Origin: Pseudomonadota bacterium
GTDB lineage: Bacteria > Bdellovibrionota_B > Oligoflexia > Oligoflexales > RGVZ01
Direction of reading: 5' to 3'
Assembly (NCBI GenBank): GCA_041178085.1
Contig: JBEGVZ010000043.1
Coordinates: 1-64,000, forward strand
DNA: 64,000 nt
Shown: positions 28,317 to 36,874 of the stretch, in pieces
Numbering within the stretch: position 1 is the stretch's first letter
Layout: every line of letters begins with the position of its first letter
Made by a program: the position numbers and the translations under genes
The notes under the pieces: generated by a model
Told to the model about the DNA's origin: nothing
Databases searched by the model: none
What the model saw: the letters and a program-made list of their open reading frames with translations, nothing else

Positions 28317-30650
28317 ATGGGCAAGGTATGGGCTCCATCCCGTTTGATGTGGACGCATTTTGCGTTTATCCTTCTGGCTGCCGGAAGCCTGTTCTACCTG
28401 ACCCAGAACTGTGGTCGCCTGGGGGGCGCAAACACCAAGGATATCGCAACCCGTGACCGGCTCAAGACGGGGCTTTTTTCACCACAGCCCAACATCGACC
28501 TCGTGCAGACAGAAGTCGCAAGGAAGATGACTCCGGAACAACTCGCGGCAAGGGCCGGAATCAAGCTGGAGAGGGAACACCACCTGGATAACTTCTCTGT
28601 GGTGATGGCCCACGATGGCGAACAGATCCTGATGCTCGAAAAAGTCGGGATGTATCCCCAGCCACTCGCTTCACTCGACAAGGCAGGCAAGGTCAATGTC
28701 TGGACATTTCAGGTATTCGCGAACAAGGAAACAAGAGCCCAAGGCACCGCCTGGGTGAAGGTCCCTTCCGGCATGCCTCCTGCCGTTTATGTCAGCGAAG
28801 ATGGCAACCAATCCAATTTGTACTTCATGCGCCATCCCACAAACGCATCCGGTCGCAAGACGCCAGCCATCATCAACATGCTGAACCACGCAATCACGTC
28901 CAACGGAATGGTGCTCTACAAAGCGGGCAACGTGGCGTTTGAAGCAAAAACCAACATGCCGGTGATGACCTACATCCGCGTTGCGGAAAAAATCTGGCGG
29001 GTGAAAGGCGTGTACTCGGACCGAAACATACAAAACGGCACGGTATTCTGGACGCCCGATTTCAAAACTTATTTCAGCAAGACTCCGGGTGGGTCTGATG
29101 TGGTGGAATGGCGCACCCAGGATGACAATTCCATCGATGTGGTCAGGCGTCGGGGAATTCGTGAACTGGAAATTCCCAAAGCGGTCGAACTTGCAGTCGC
29201 AGGGGGCAAGGAAGCGATTGATTCGGGCATCAAGCGGACGTCTGCGCTTGGCTTCGACGAACTAGCACCGGGACCACGTGTGATCCCCGTGTATCAGGGC
29301 AGGACGACATTGCCAGTAAACCAGCGCAAGTTCCGCCTGGGACTCGCAGAGGATGGGAACCCGGATGACGGTTTTACAGACCCGACGGCACAGTTCACCA
29401 GCGACAAAGCCCCAGCACTTGAACTTGGTGGCGGACAGGTGGAACAGTCCCTTCCCGGATCAACACTCCAGCTTCGGAACCAGAACAATGGCGCATGGAT
29501 GAACGTCAGGGCACTCAAATCAGATCCGATCTTCATCAATCGGGGAACGCTGAACTCGTTTTTTACTGGTAGCAACGAATACGTCGGACGCGACGAAACC
29601 TATGAGATCCTTACCGCTGATGGCTCACCGACAGGTCAATACATCCGGCAGCAATGGTATCCATCCATGGGTCTGAACAGCGCATATTCAACCCAAAAGC
29701 ACGTAAGCCTGAATGAGCTGGATGCAGAATTGGCCCGGACCCAGGAGGGCCGCGATGAGCGTTTGCGCGCCCTGCATGAGCGCAATGCAGAACAGCAGGC
29801 GCAAAGCGAGGCCGCCCTGGCTGCAGGGGCCAAGGCCGAAAAGGATTTTCACAAGGCGCTGCAAGCCGCTCCAGCAAACATCGCCATCGGTACTGTAAAG
29901 GACACGTTCAAGGTTAATGGACTTGGCAACAAGGTGCTCGCGGATGTGGCCGGCGAGGGAACAAGACAGGCACTGGCCGCAAGCACGACCGCCGTGCTGA
30001 ATTATTCTCTTGGCGACACCGGGATCGATGCGACATCACAACTCGATGCCTCCAAGATCGTCACATCTGGAGTCAACTCACTGGTCAAGAACGGTGGCCT
30101 GAAGGACGCTGGAAAAGAACTCGGATTCAATTTTACCGCCTACCAGAAATCCAATCTTGGTGATTCTGTCCTGTCATTCCAGCAAGCCCAGGTTGCTGGC
30201 GGTGCCGTCCTTGGCTCAGGGGTCACAAAACTCTCCGACGGTCTTGTCGTGCGCCCCCTGGTTTCGGGCAATGATCCAAACGTTCCCATCGAATTTTTCA
30301 AGACAGGTGTCGATACAACCAAGGAAATCGTAGTCGGGTTGCTACCGACACCGCTCAGTCCAGGGGCTGCGCTGGTTGCAAATGTCGCCGCGGAAGAAGC
30401 CAAGTTATTGGCTGTTGGCGGCGACGCACTGCGAAGCAACGTAAACGCAGTCAATGTGGTGCAGCAACAAGCCGCAACCCTTACACGGATCGCGAACGAG
30501 ACCGTTGGCAAAGGCCAGGGCGAAATTCAGGATTTGCGCAGCCAGCTTGCGGATCGTCGTACTGAATTGCAACAAGACTCACCCTCGCAAGGACCAGCAA
30601 GTCAGCAAAACGACTCAGGTTACGATGAGGATCAATCGGGAGACTATTGA
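28317..30650 (+). CDS. Hypothetical 777-aa exported protein or lipoprotein
   Basis: Long ORF with an AGGAG RBS. An N-terminal hydrophobic segment ends LTQNC. The N-half is beta-rich; the C-half is Gly/Ala-rich helical with coiled coil. Confidence 0.75.
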   Translation: MGKVWAPSRLMWTHFAFILLAAGSLFYLTQNCGRLGGANTKDIATRDRLKTGLFSPQPNIDLVQTEVARKMTPEQLAARAGIKLEREHHLDNFSVVMAHDGEQILMLEKVGMYPQPLASLDKAGKVNVWTFQVFANKETRAQGTAWVKVPSGMPPAVYVSEDGNQSNLYFMRHPTNASGRKTPAIINMLNHAITSNGMVLYKAGNVAFEAKTNMPVMTYIRVAEKIWRVKGVYSDRNIQNGTVFWTPDFKTYFSKTPGGSDVVEWRTQDDNSIDVVRRRGIRELEIPKAVELAVAGGKEAIDSGIKRTSALGFDELAPGPRVIPVYQGRTTLPVNQRKFRLGLAEDGNPDDGFTDPTAQFTSDKAPALELGGGQVEQSLPGSTLQLRNQNNGAWMNVRALKSDPIFINRGTLNSFFTGSNEYVGRDETYEILTADGSPTGQYIRQQWYPSMGLNSAYSTQKHVSLNELDAELARTQEGRDERLRALHERNAEQQAQSEAALAAGAKAEKDFHKALQAAPANIAIGTVKDTFKVNGLGNKVLADVAGEGTRQALAASTTAVLNYSLGDTGIDATSQLDASKIVTSGVNSLVKNGGLKDAGKELGFNFTAYQKSNLGDSVLSFQQAQVAGGAVLGSGVTKLSDGLVVRPLVSGNDPNVPIEFFKTGVDTTKEIVVGLLPTPLSPGAALVANVAAEEAKLLAVGGDALRSNVNAVNVVQQQAATLTRIANETVGKGQGEIQDLRSQLADRRTELQQDSPSQGPASQQNDSGYDEDQSGDY

Positions 30651-30665
30651 TCGTGCAGGCCGCAT

Positions 30666-32120
30666 TCAGGCAACAAACCGTTTTATGTCTTCAAGATTGA
30701 TGTGATCAGTGAATGTTTTGCCATAAAAAGCCTCAACGATGACTCCACTCTCATCAATCAAGAAGTGTGACGGTAGCTGACCGAACTTGCCATCGATGGA
30801 ATCCTGCCTGAAATTCTTGAAGAACGCCCTGATCAGAGTCAGAGCTGTTTTTGGGGTGAAAGCCGCCAATGAATCCTGCCGGGTCTTGAAAGCCCGGTAT
30901 AGCTTCCGCTCCCGGTCGGCTATCATTGGAATTCCTGCCGCCCGGAGCATTTCCGAAGTTGCGCCGCACCTCGAATTCTCAAACTCTTCTGGCGACGATT
31001 CATAGACAGCAATCACGAAAACACCGCGTTCCTGCGCCCGGCTGATGACTTCTTTCAATCCGTCGAGGTGAAGCGCACAAAGCGGGCACGTCGCATACCG
31101 ATAGAATATAATCCAGGCCTTCCTGCCAAGAATTTGCGCTGGATCAAACAAGCTTCCATTACTAAGCAAACCGTTTACCTCAGGCGCAACCTCACCGGGG
31201 ACAAGGGGTGTCGACACAATACCGGCCCCGTCGTTGAAGCTGCTGAGAAACCTGTCCGCGATGCCTTCAAGCTGCTTCAACTCATCATTCTGCCTGAGCC
31301 TGAATTGACGCCGCTTGCCGTTGATGGAGTCACTCAGGAAGTTTTCGAAGGCCCTGACCGGTCCGACGATCTGGTGGCTCAAGTGAACACCGGTAAAGAA
31401 AAGCACGACGAAGAAGGCCGCACTCACGCTGGCGTAGATTGCGATAAAACTGCGAACCAATTGCTGGGCAGATTCGAAGGGCAGAGACTGAACCTGGGAC
31501 ACCAGTACCGTAACATACGTGTATGAGACCGCGCCCGCAATCAGGCCAAAACAGACACCGGCGGCCAGCAACTTCAGACAGTACCTGGTTTGAAAAGAAG
31601 GATCTATCCACTTGCGCCCCCGCCGTTGCTCGACCGGGTATAGCAATTTTCCATTGGCCAGCCAGGAAACAAGGACCATACCAAGACCGACCCACTGCAG
31701 CACATCAGCAACGTTGAAAACCCCTGAGTAAAATCCGCCTGCATGGATTTGCATGAAATCCACAACATGGCCACGCATGATGCGGTCAAGGACATTGCTG
31801 ATCATGGAGCCTGCGAGAAGGCTTGTGCCAAATCTCAAGGCAGGAGAATAAATCGGCAGGAAATACTGAATGACCAGCAACGCGAACAACAACAGACCTG
31901 CCAGGCTTGATGGCAGCACAACCGTATAAATCCTGTCCAATTCCCTGAGCGAGCCCAGCGCGAAACCCTCGTTCGCAAAAAAGAAAAAAGAAATATTCGG
32001 GAAGTGAACCGGACTTGTAATATCCATCGCCAGAATCTTGGTTGCCTGATCGAGGCAGATCGCCGCGAAGAACGGCAGCGTGACGTACATGACCCAGCCA
32101 CGTGCCGTCAGCATGATCAA
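30666..32120 (-). CDS. lspA: Fusion of signal peptidase II (LspA), two TM helices with a HAMP-like linker, and a peroxiredoxin-like (AhpC/TSA) CxxC domain
   Basis: DQATK, NEGFA, SNVLDR, GHVVDF, FNVAD; then SHQIVGP..LRQNDEL; then FYRYATCPLC..PSHFLIDESGVI. Confidence 0.82.
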   Translation of the reverse strand: MIMLTARGWVMYVTLPFFAAICLDQATKILAMDITSPVHFPNISFFFFANEGFALGSLRELDRIYTVVLPSSLAGLLLFALLVIQYFLPIYSPALRFGTSLLAGSMISNVLDRIMRGHVVDFMQIHAGGFYSGVFNVADVLQWVGLGMVLVSWLANGKLLYPVEQRRGRKWIDPSFQTRYCLKLLAAGVCFGLIAGAVSYTYVTVLVSQVQSLPFESAQQLVRSFIAIYASVSAAFFVVLFFTGVHLSHQIVGPVRAFENFLSDSINGKRRQFRLRQNDELKQLEGIADRFLSSFNDGAGIVSTPLVPGEVAPEVNGLLSNGSLFDPAQILGRKAWIIFYRYATCPLCALHLDGLKEVISRAQERGVFVIAVYESSPEEFENSRCGATSEMLRAAGIPMIADRERKLYRAFKTRQDSLAAFTPKTALTLIRAFFKNFRQDSIDGKFGQLPSHFLIDESGVIVEAFYGKTFTDHINLEDIKRFVA

Positions 32121-33892
32121 CCATCCGCCATTGAATCAAGCGCTTTTTCCAGCATGGGGTGCTCCCCAATGATACTGGTAAGCTGGTTCACTGCGCGAAT
32201 TGCTGCGGGTCGGTCAGGACAGGCAAGCAATGTCTGGGTGAATGCAACCAAGGCAGCCTCATTGATTCCGGAACTCCGGTCCTCCGACACAGAGCGCCCA
32301 AGCCAGTGGAGGGCCTCCTCATGAAGATCGAGCTTTCGGTAGACGGCTCCAATTCCCGAGCATGTTTCCAGGTCAGCAGGATACAGGGCATGGGCACGCC
32401 GGAACAAGTCAAGCGCCTCCTGGTACGAATGCACCGCAAGGGCAATCTGGGCGAGCGCCTTGTAGCATTTTGACGCCTGCTGGCTTTCTTTACTGGAGGC
32501 ATCCTCAAATGGAGTCCCCGCCAATGCAGCCAGTGCAGAACGGAATGCATCGGTGGCAGACTCAAGGTTTCCAGCTGCAAAAAGAGCTGTGCCTTTACAA
32601 GCATGCAGGCGTGACACAATGTCGCCTGCCGGTGGTGCCAAAAGAAGAAGATGTTCGACTTCATGCAGGACTTCATCCGTTCCCTGCCTCATCCCTGGGG
32701 ACTCCAGGATGGATAGACGGTCATGCCAGGATGGGGCGGCCGAGGTCTGACTCGTAACTGGTTGATTTTCGTGTTCGGTGGAAACCAGCAGCGAACTGAA
32801 AATCCCGTCAAACTCAATTGCCGCCCGTGCATAAGGACAAGGATCTGCCAGCAGCGCTGGACCGTCGCTCCGCCGTTCAAAAGTCTTGAGCAGGCGTGCA
32901 AGCGCCATGGCTGAAAAATCCATCACTGTAAACCCGGAACTCCCTGCCATGTCACACTGGCCGGCAGCAGGCGACAACACGACCTTGGTTCCCGAAAGAG
33001 CGGCAAGCCTTGCCAGATGAAGGACAGAGGACGACTGTCCCGGCTCTGCTAAAAACCAGAGATCTGAACTGGCAACCAAGTCAAATGCGAATGGAGTTGT
33101 ATCCTGGTGCAGGAAGCGAAAGTTTCGGGCAACACCAAGGTCTGCGATCAAATATTTAAGTCGTTCCGATCCCTCCCGTGGAGTCGCGACCACAACAACT
33201 AGATTACTTATATCAACGGCGCTTGTTGATATATCTCCATTCCTGAGCACGGATTGCAGTGCCCTGGCGAGGTTGCCGGCGACTCCAGAGGGATCCGAGG
33301 ATCCCTCGTACAACATGACGTTTGCAGAGTCCGCAATACCTATGTGCCGCCGGAATCGGGCGCGGCCGGATTGCGCTACAGACAGCACCAAAGCCCTGTC
33401 TGGGGCAAATGGCATTTCCCGCACCCGATCAACCGAATATCTCTCAAACTCAAGAGCCTCGATCGTCCTGCGATCCAAGGTCCACACGACATCGCTCCTG
33501 CCCAGAATGTCGTGCCGGATCGCGCGGATGTTTGACCACGAATCGAAGATGTGAGGCGCTGTCTCAAAAGCAATGCAATGGAATGGCGTATCACTCTTGA
33601 GGCATGCACGGAGGGCCTGAAAAGACGCGAGGTTTTCTGAGCCGGCAGCAACGACCAAGTCGACTCCTTCAAGCTGCCTTTCAAGGCCGGTCATGTAACC
33701 AGGCTTCACGGGATCTGATGCATATATCGCCATTCCGATTCCGGCTTCTCGAATGAGAGGCGACACCGATGATTCAAATGCATGCAAGCGAACTTCATGC
33801 TGCAATGCGATGCGCGCAAAGCTGATGAGCGGCCATGTCTGCGCACCGTTGCCCGCCACCAGCGCAATCCTTTTGCATCCTGCAAATCCCAT
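32117..33892 (-). CDS. Glycosyltransferase-like (GT-B) protein with C-terminal TPRs
   Basis: The N-terminal alpha/beta region resembles GT4 (RFRRHIGI, LVASSDLW). The C-terminal helical repeats have a TPR pattern. Confidence 0.55.
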   Translation of the reverse strand: MGFAGCKRIALVAGNGAQTWPLISFARIALQHEVRLHAFESSVSPLIREAGIGMAIYASDPVKPGYMTGLERQLEGVDLVVAAGSENLASFQALRACLKSDTPFHCIAFETAPHIFDSWSNIRAIRHDILGRSDVVWTLDRRTIEALEFERYSVDRVREMPFAPDRALVLSVAQSGRARFRRHIGIADSANVMLYEGSSDPSGVAGNLARALQSVLRNGDISTSAVDISNLVVVVATPREGSERLKYLIADLGVARNFRFLHQDTTPFAFDLVASSDLWFLAEPGQSSSVLHLARLAALSGTKVVLSPAAGQCDMAGSSGFTVMDFSAMALARLLKTFERRSDGPALLADPCPYARAAIEFDGIFSSLLVSTEHENQPVTSQTSAAPSWHDRLSILESPGMRQGTDEVLHEVEHLLLLAPPAGDIVSRLHACKGTALFAAGNLESATDAFRSALAALAGTPFEDASSKESQQASKCYKALAQIALAVHSYQEALDLFRRAHALYPADLETCSGIGAVYRKLDLHEEALHWLGRSVSEDRSSGINEAALVAFTQTLLACPDRPAAIRAVNQLTSIIGEHPMLEKALDSMADG

Positions 33893-33946
33893 TACGGCCT
33901 CCCTGGCCTTGATAATTCATTTCCGCACCGAGGCGCGGATCGTTAT

Positions 33947-36550
33947 TCACTCCGCTGACTTTCCGCCCAGTGATCCAATCCTGCCCGCAATGGTCGACAC
34001 TGGCAGAGTCACATTCTGAACAAGGGGACCATCAAGCGCCCGCGACTCGAGGCTAATGCCAACATCCAACTCATCCGCAGATACACCACCATGAAATACT
34101 AGCGGCACATCGACAAACCCGACGCTGCCACCCTTGATACTCAATTTCCCAGGTTCACTATCACTCAGAGAAATCCGCTCACCACTCAAGTTGGTCAAAG
34201 TGACGCTAAGATCTGAAACATCAACCGTTCCGGTATTATTAATGACGACATGGAGTTTGGCTTGCTCCCCCGGGTCAAGGACCCCATTGGAGACCCCACC
34301 TTTCTCTTCGACGATGGAACTCGAAACCGACAGAACTGGACGATCCCGGCCGGGAATCTTGACTTCAATTTTGCGTGAATGCAGCGCCACTGGCCATCCG
34401 TCAACTGCAATACCGGAGTCGACTTCCCAGACACCGTCTGCCGGAAAGAACGGCGGTTTTGCCGAAAATGACCCAGATCTGCTCTGACCCGCTTCAAGCG
34501 TACCGACAAGGGACTCCTGAGTCTCCCCACTGACCCCGGTTGTGCGTAGAAAAACAGATATGCGACGCACGGGCTGCTTGCCTTTGTTTGCGACCGTCCA
34601 AACCACACGAATGTCATCGCCGGGGCCAGGATTTGCCGAAGCCAAGACTTCTGCCTGGAAGGCAAGTGCGTTGGGATTGGTCGCAACCTCAACCAGCTGC
34701 CCTTTGTCATTCGGATCGTCCCAGTAAACGGCGAAGCGGTCCCTTAACCAACTGGAGACGTCGGAAATTGTTTTCTTCAAGTGAGCGCCCACTGGTTCCA
34801 GGTTCATTGTGGTCCGGGTGCGGACACTTCCTGATGAATTCAACGGTGCAGAAGCCATACCGTCTCGCGGGTATGCCTCGATGATGGTTCTTGCCACAGC
34901 CATGTCCTCATCGACCTCGGTCCCCTGCGCCTTCCAGTTCATGAAATAGGATTTTCCGCAGCAACTGCCCGACATCCTTTGGTCAAGATCTGCGACATGG
35001 TTCCTGGCGTCGGAGTTCGCATCCAGATTATGCAGCAGGAATGACTCGTTGCGATAACGCGAGGCGCCGAGCAAGTTGAGATTCTGCTCACCTTCCACCA
35101 CTGGTTGTAACCAGACATCAGGGACAATACCGACATTCTGAATCGACCTGTCGGCCGGAGTGTAGTAGCGCGCAATCGTCAGTTTGAGCGCAACCTCAAA
35201 TGGCAACTCGAACACGGTCTGGACAGATCCTTTCCCGAAAGTTGGCTGGCCAACCACCACAGCACGTCCATGGTCTTGCAAGGCACCCGCAACAATCTCG
35301 CTGGCTGAAGCGGATTCCTCATCGACAAGCACAACCATTGGGAAGTCAGTCTCGTCATATCCTTTGCCAGCGAGCTCAACTTCCTGCCTTCGCCCCCTGG
35401 TTGAAACAATTACACCGTCTTCAAGAAAAAGGTCGGCCACCTGAACGGCTTGATCGAGCAAACCTCCTGGGTTTGATCTCAGGTCAAGGACGAGTCCATC
35501 AAGCCCGCCAGTGCGACGTTTGAACTCCTTGATTGCACTCAAAATCTCGCGCGATGTCTTGGCAGAAAATGTTTCAACAGCAACCTGTAGCACCCTGAGC
35601 TTGCTGTCGGGAAGGGGCGTGGCGGTCACCGAGTCCACCTGGATGACCTCCCGGTTTAGAAGAATATCCAGCGGCGCCTGCCGTCCCCGGCGCAGGATTC
35701 GCATCTGCACTTGGGTCCCTGGATTTCCCCGCATGAAGTCCATCAGATCTTCAAGGGCCATGCCGAAGGTTGCCTGGCCATTGATCCTGACAATCCGGTC
35801 GCCAGGCAGGATACCGGCGCGGATGGCAGGACTGTTTGGCAACGGCTTGATGACCGTCAACACGCGATCCTTGATCGTAACCAAGACACCTAGACCACCA
35901 AAACTACCCTCTGTCCCTTGCCGGAGTTCGTTGTACGCCGACGGCGACATGACAGAGGAGTGAGGGTCCAACTCAGAGACCATCTCATGCAGAATCTCAC
36001 GCACGCGGTCTAAAACCTTCACACCACCGCTGGCCGTTGCCACTGCCGCCGCTGCCACAGCATCAGACAGACCAGCCACGGTTAGCGGATATTTCGCCTC
36101 CCCGGCTTCGATATTCATGCTGAACATTCCTGACGGGGCAATCGACGATTCAAGCGATGGCGACGACTTCTTCAGAACTTTGAGCAGGACTTCAGCCAGT
36201 TGCCGTTCCGAGACCCGAGCTGCATCGACGTAGAAGTTCCGCGCCGTTGCCAACACCGACTGCGACAACTGCAACGCCGCATCGAAATCATTCCCGGTAA
36301 ATTTCTCACCCAACCGGGGCTGCTGCCGCTCTTTCAATCGGTTCTGTCTGACCGAACCAGGGCCCGGCGAATTCTCCAGCGATTTACCAAGCCAACGGGT
36401 GTTTTCGAGCAGTTGCGCAGGAAACAGGTTAGGTGAAAAACGCAATAACAGAACCGTTCCAGCAACACCCGCAACCAGTAATGACACTGGTAGAAGTGCG
36501 CGCCGATTGGCCTCAATCCTGTCCTTGAAATTTTCCCAATGATTTCTCAT
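33947..36550 (-). CDS. S41 family carboxy-terminal processing protease with PDZ domain and long C-terminal Ig/CARDB-like extension (MXAN_5808-like architecture)
   Basis: LDPHS, GSFGGLG, DLRSNPGG, SASASEIVAGALQD, TFGKGSVQ, KLTIARYYTP. Confidence 0.9.
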   Translation of the reverse strand: MRNHWENFKDRIEANRRALLPVSLLVAGVAGTVLLLRFSPNLFPAQLLENTRWLGKSLENSPGPGSVRQNRLKERQQPRLGEKFTGNDFDAALQLSQSVLATARNFYVDAARVSERQLAEVLLKVLKKSSPSLESSIAPSGMFSMNIEAGEAKYPLTVAGLSDAVAAAAVATASGGVKVLDRVREILHEMVSELDPHSSVMSPSAYNELRQGTEGSFGGLGVLVTIKDRVLTVIKPLPNSPAIRAGILPGDRIVRINGQATFGMALEDLMDFMRGNPGTQVQMRILRRGRQAPLDILLNREVIQVDSVTATPLPDSKLRVLQVAVETFSAKTSREILSAIKEFKRRTGGLDGLVLDLRSNPGGLLDQAVQVADLFLEDGVIVSTRGRRQEVELAGKGYDETDFPMVVLVDEESASASEIVAGALQDHGRAVVVGQPTFGKGSVQTVFELPFEVALKLTIARYYTPADRSIQNVGIVPDVWLQPVVEGEQNLNLLGASRYRNESFLLHNLDANSDARNHVADLDQRMSGSCCGKSYFMNWKAQGTEVDEDMAVARTIIEAYPRDGMASAPLNSSGSVRTRTTMNLEPVGAHLKKTISDVSSWLRDRFAVYWDDPNDKGQLVEVATNPNALAFQAEVLASANPGPGDDIRVVWTVANKGKQPVRRISVFLRTTGVSGETQESLVGTLEAGQSRSGSFSAKPPFFPADGVWEVDSGIAVDGWPVALHSRKIEVKIPGRDRPVLSVSSSIVEEKGGVSNGVLDPGEQAKLHVVINNTGTVDVSDLSVTLTNLSGERISLSDSEPGKLSIKGGSVGFVDVPLVFHGGVSADELDVGISLESRALDGPLVQNVTLPVSTIAGRIGSLGGKSAE

Positions 36551-36577
36551 CGATCCCTTTGGCACCCCGCTCAGGAG

Positions 36578-36604
36578 ATATCGACAAGAACCGCAATTGA
36601 CTTA
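36578..36604 (-). promoter_or_regulatory. Putative sigma-28 promoter of the S41 protease operon
   Basis: Minus strand TAAG-N15-GTCGATAT versus consensus TAAA-N15-GCCGATAA. Confidence 0.5.
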
Positions 36605-36808
36605 GTCCATGGGATTTAACTCCCCGTAACTAGTGAAAAAAAAGACGGTCTAATCCGCCTCGCTGGGAGATTGGAAAGGAAGCCTCCAAGTCAGCGAGGC
36701 TCCAGCAGCAGGCCATGGCCAGGACAAGGATATTCACCCTCAAAGAGACGTAACAGGCTGATTTATAGATATTTTTTTTCAAATTTAAATCTCTTCATCA
36801 AATTCTTC

Positions 36809-36835
36809 TAACGTTTCCCCGTAAAACCCCGATCT
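36809..36835 (+). promoter_or_regulatory. Putative sigma-28 promoter of the TPR gene
   Basis: TAACGTTT-N11-CCCGATCT versus consensus TAAAGTTT-N11-GCCGATAA. Confidence 0.45.
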
Positions 36836-36874
36836 TTTTAAAAAATGGGATTAGAGAGGCGGTTTGACCAAGTC

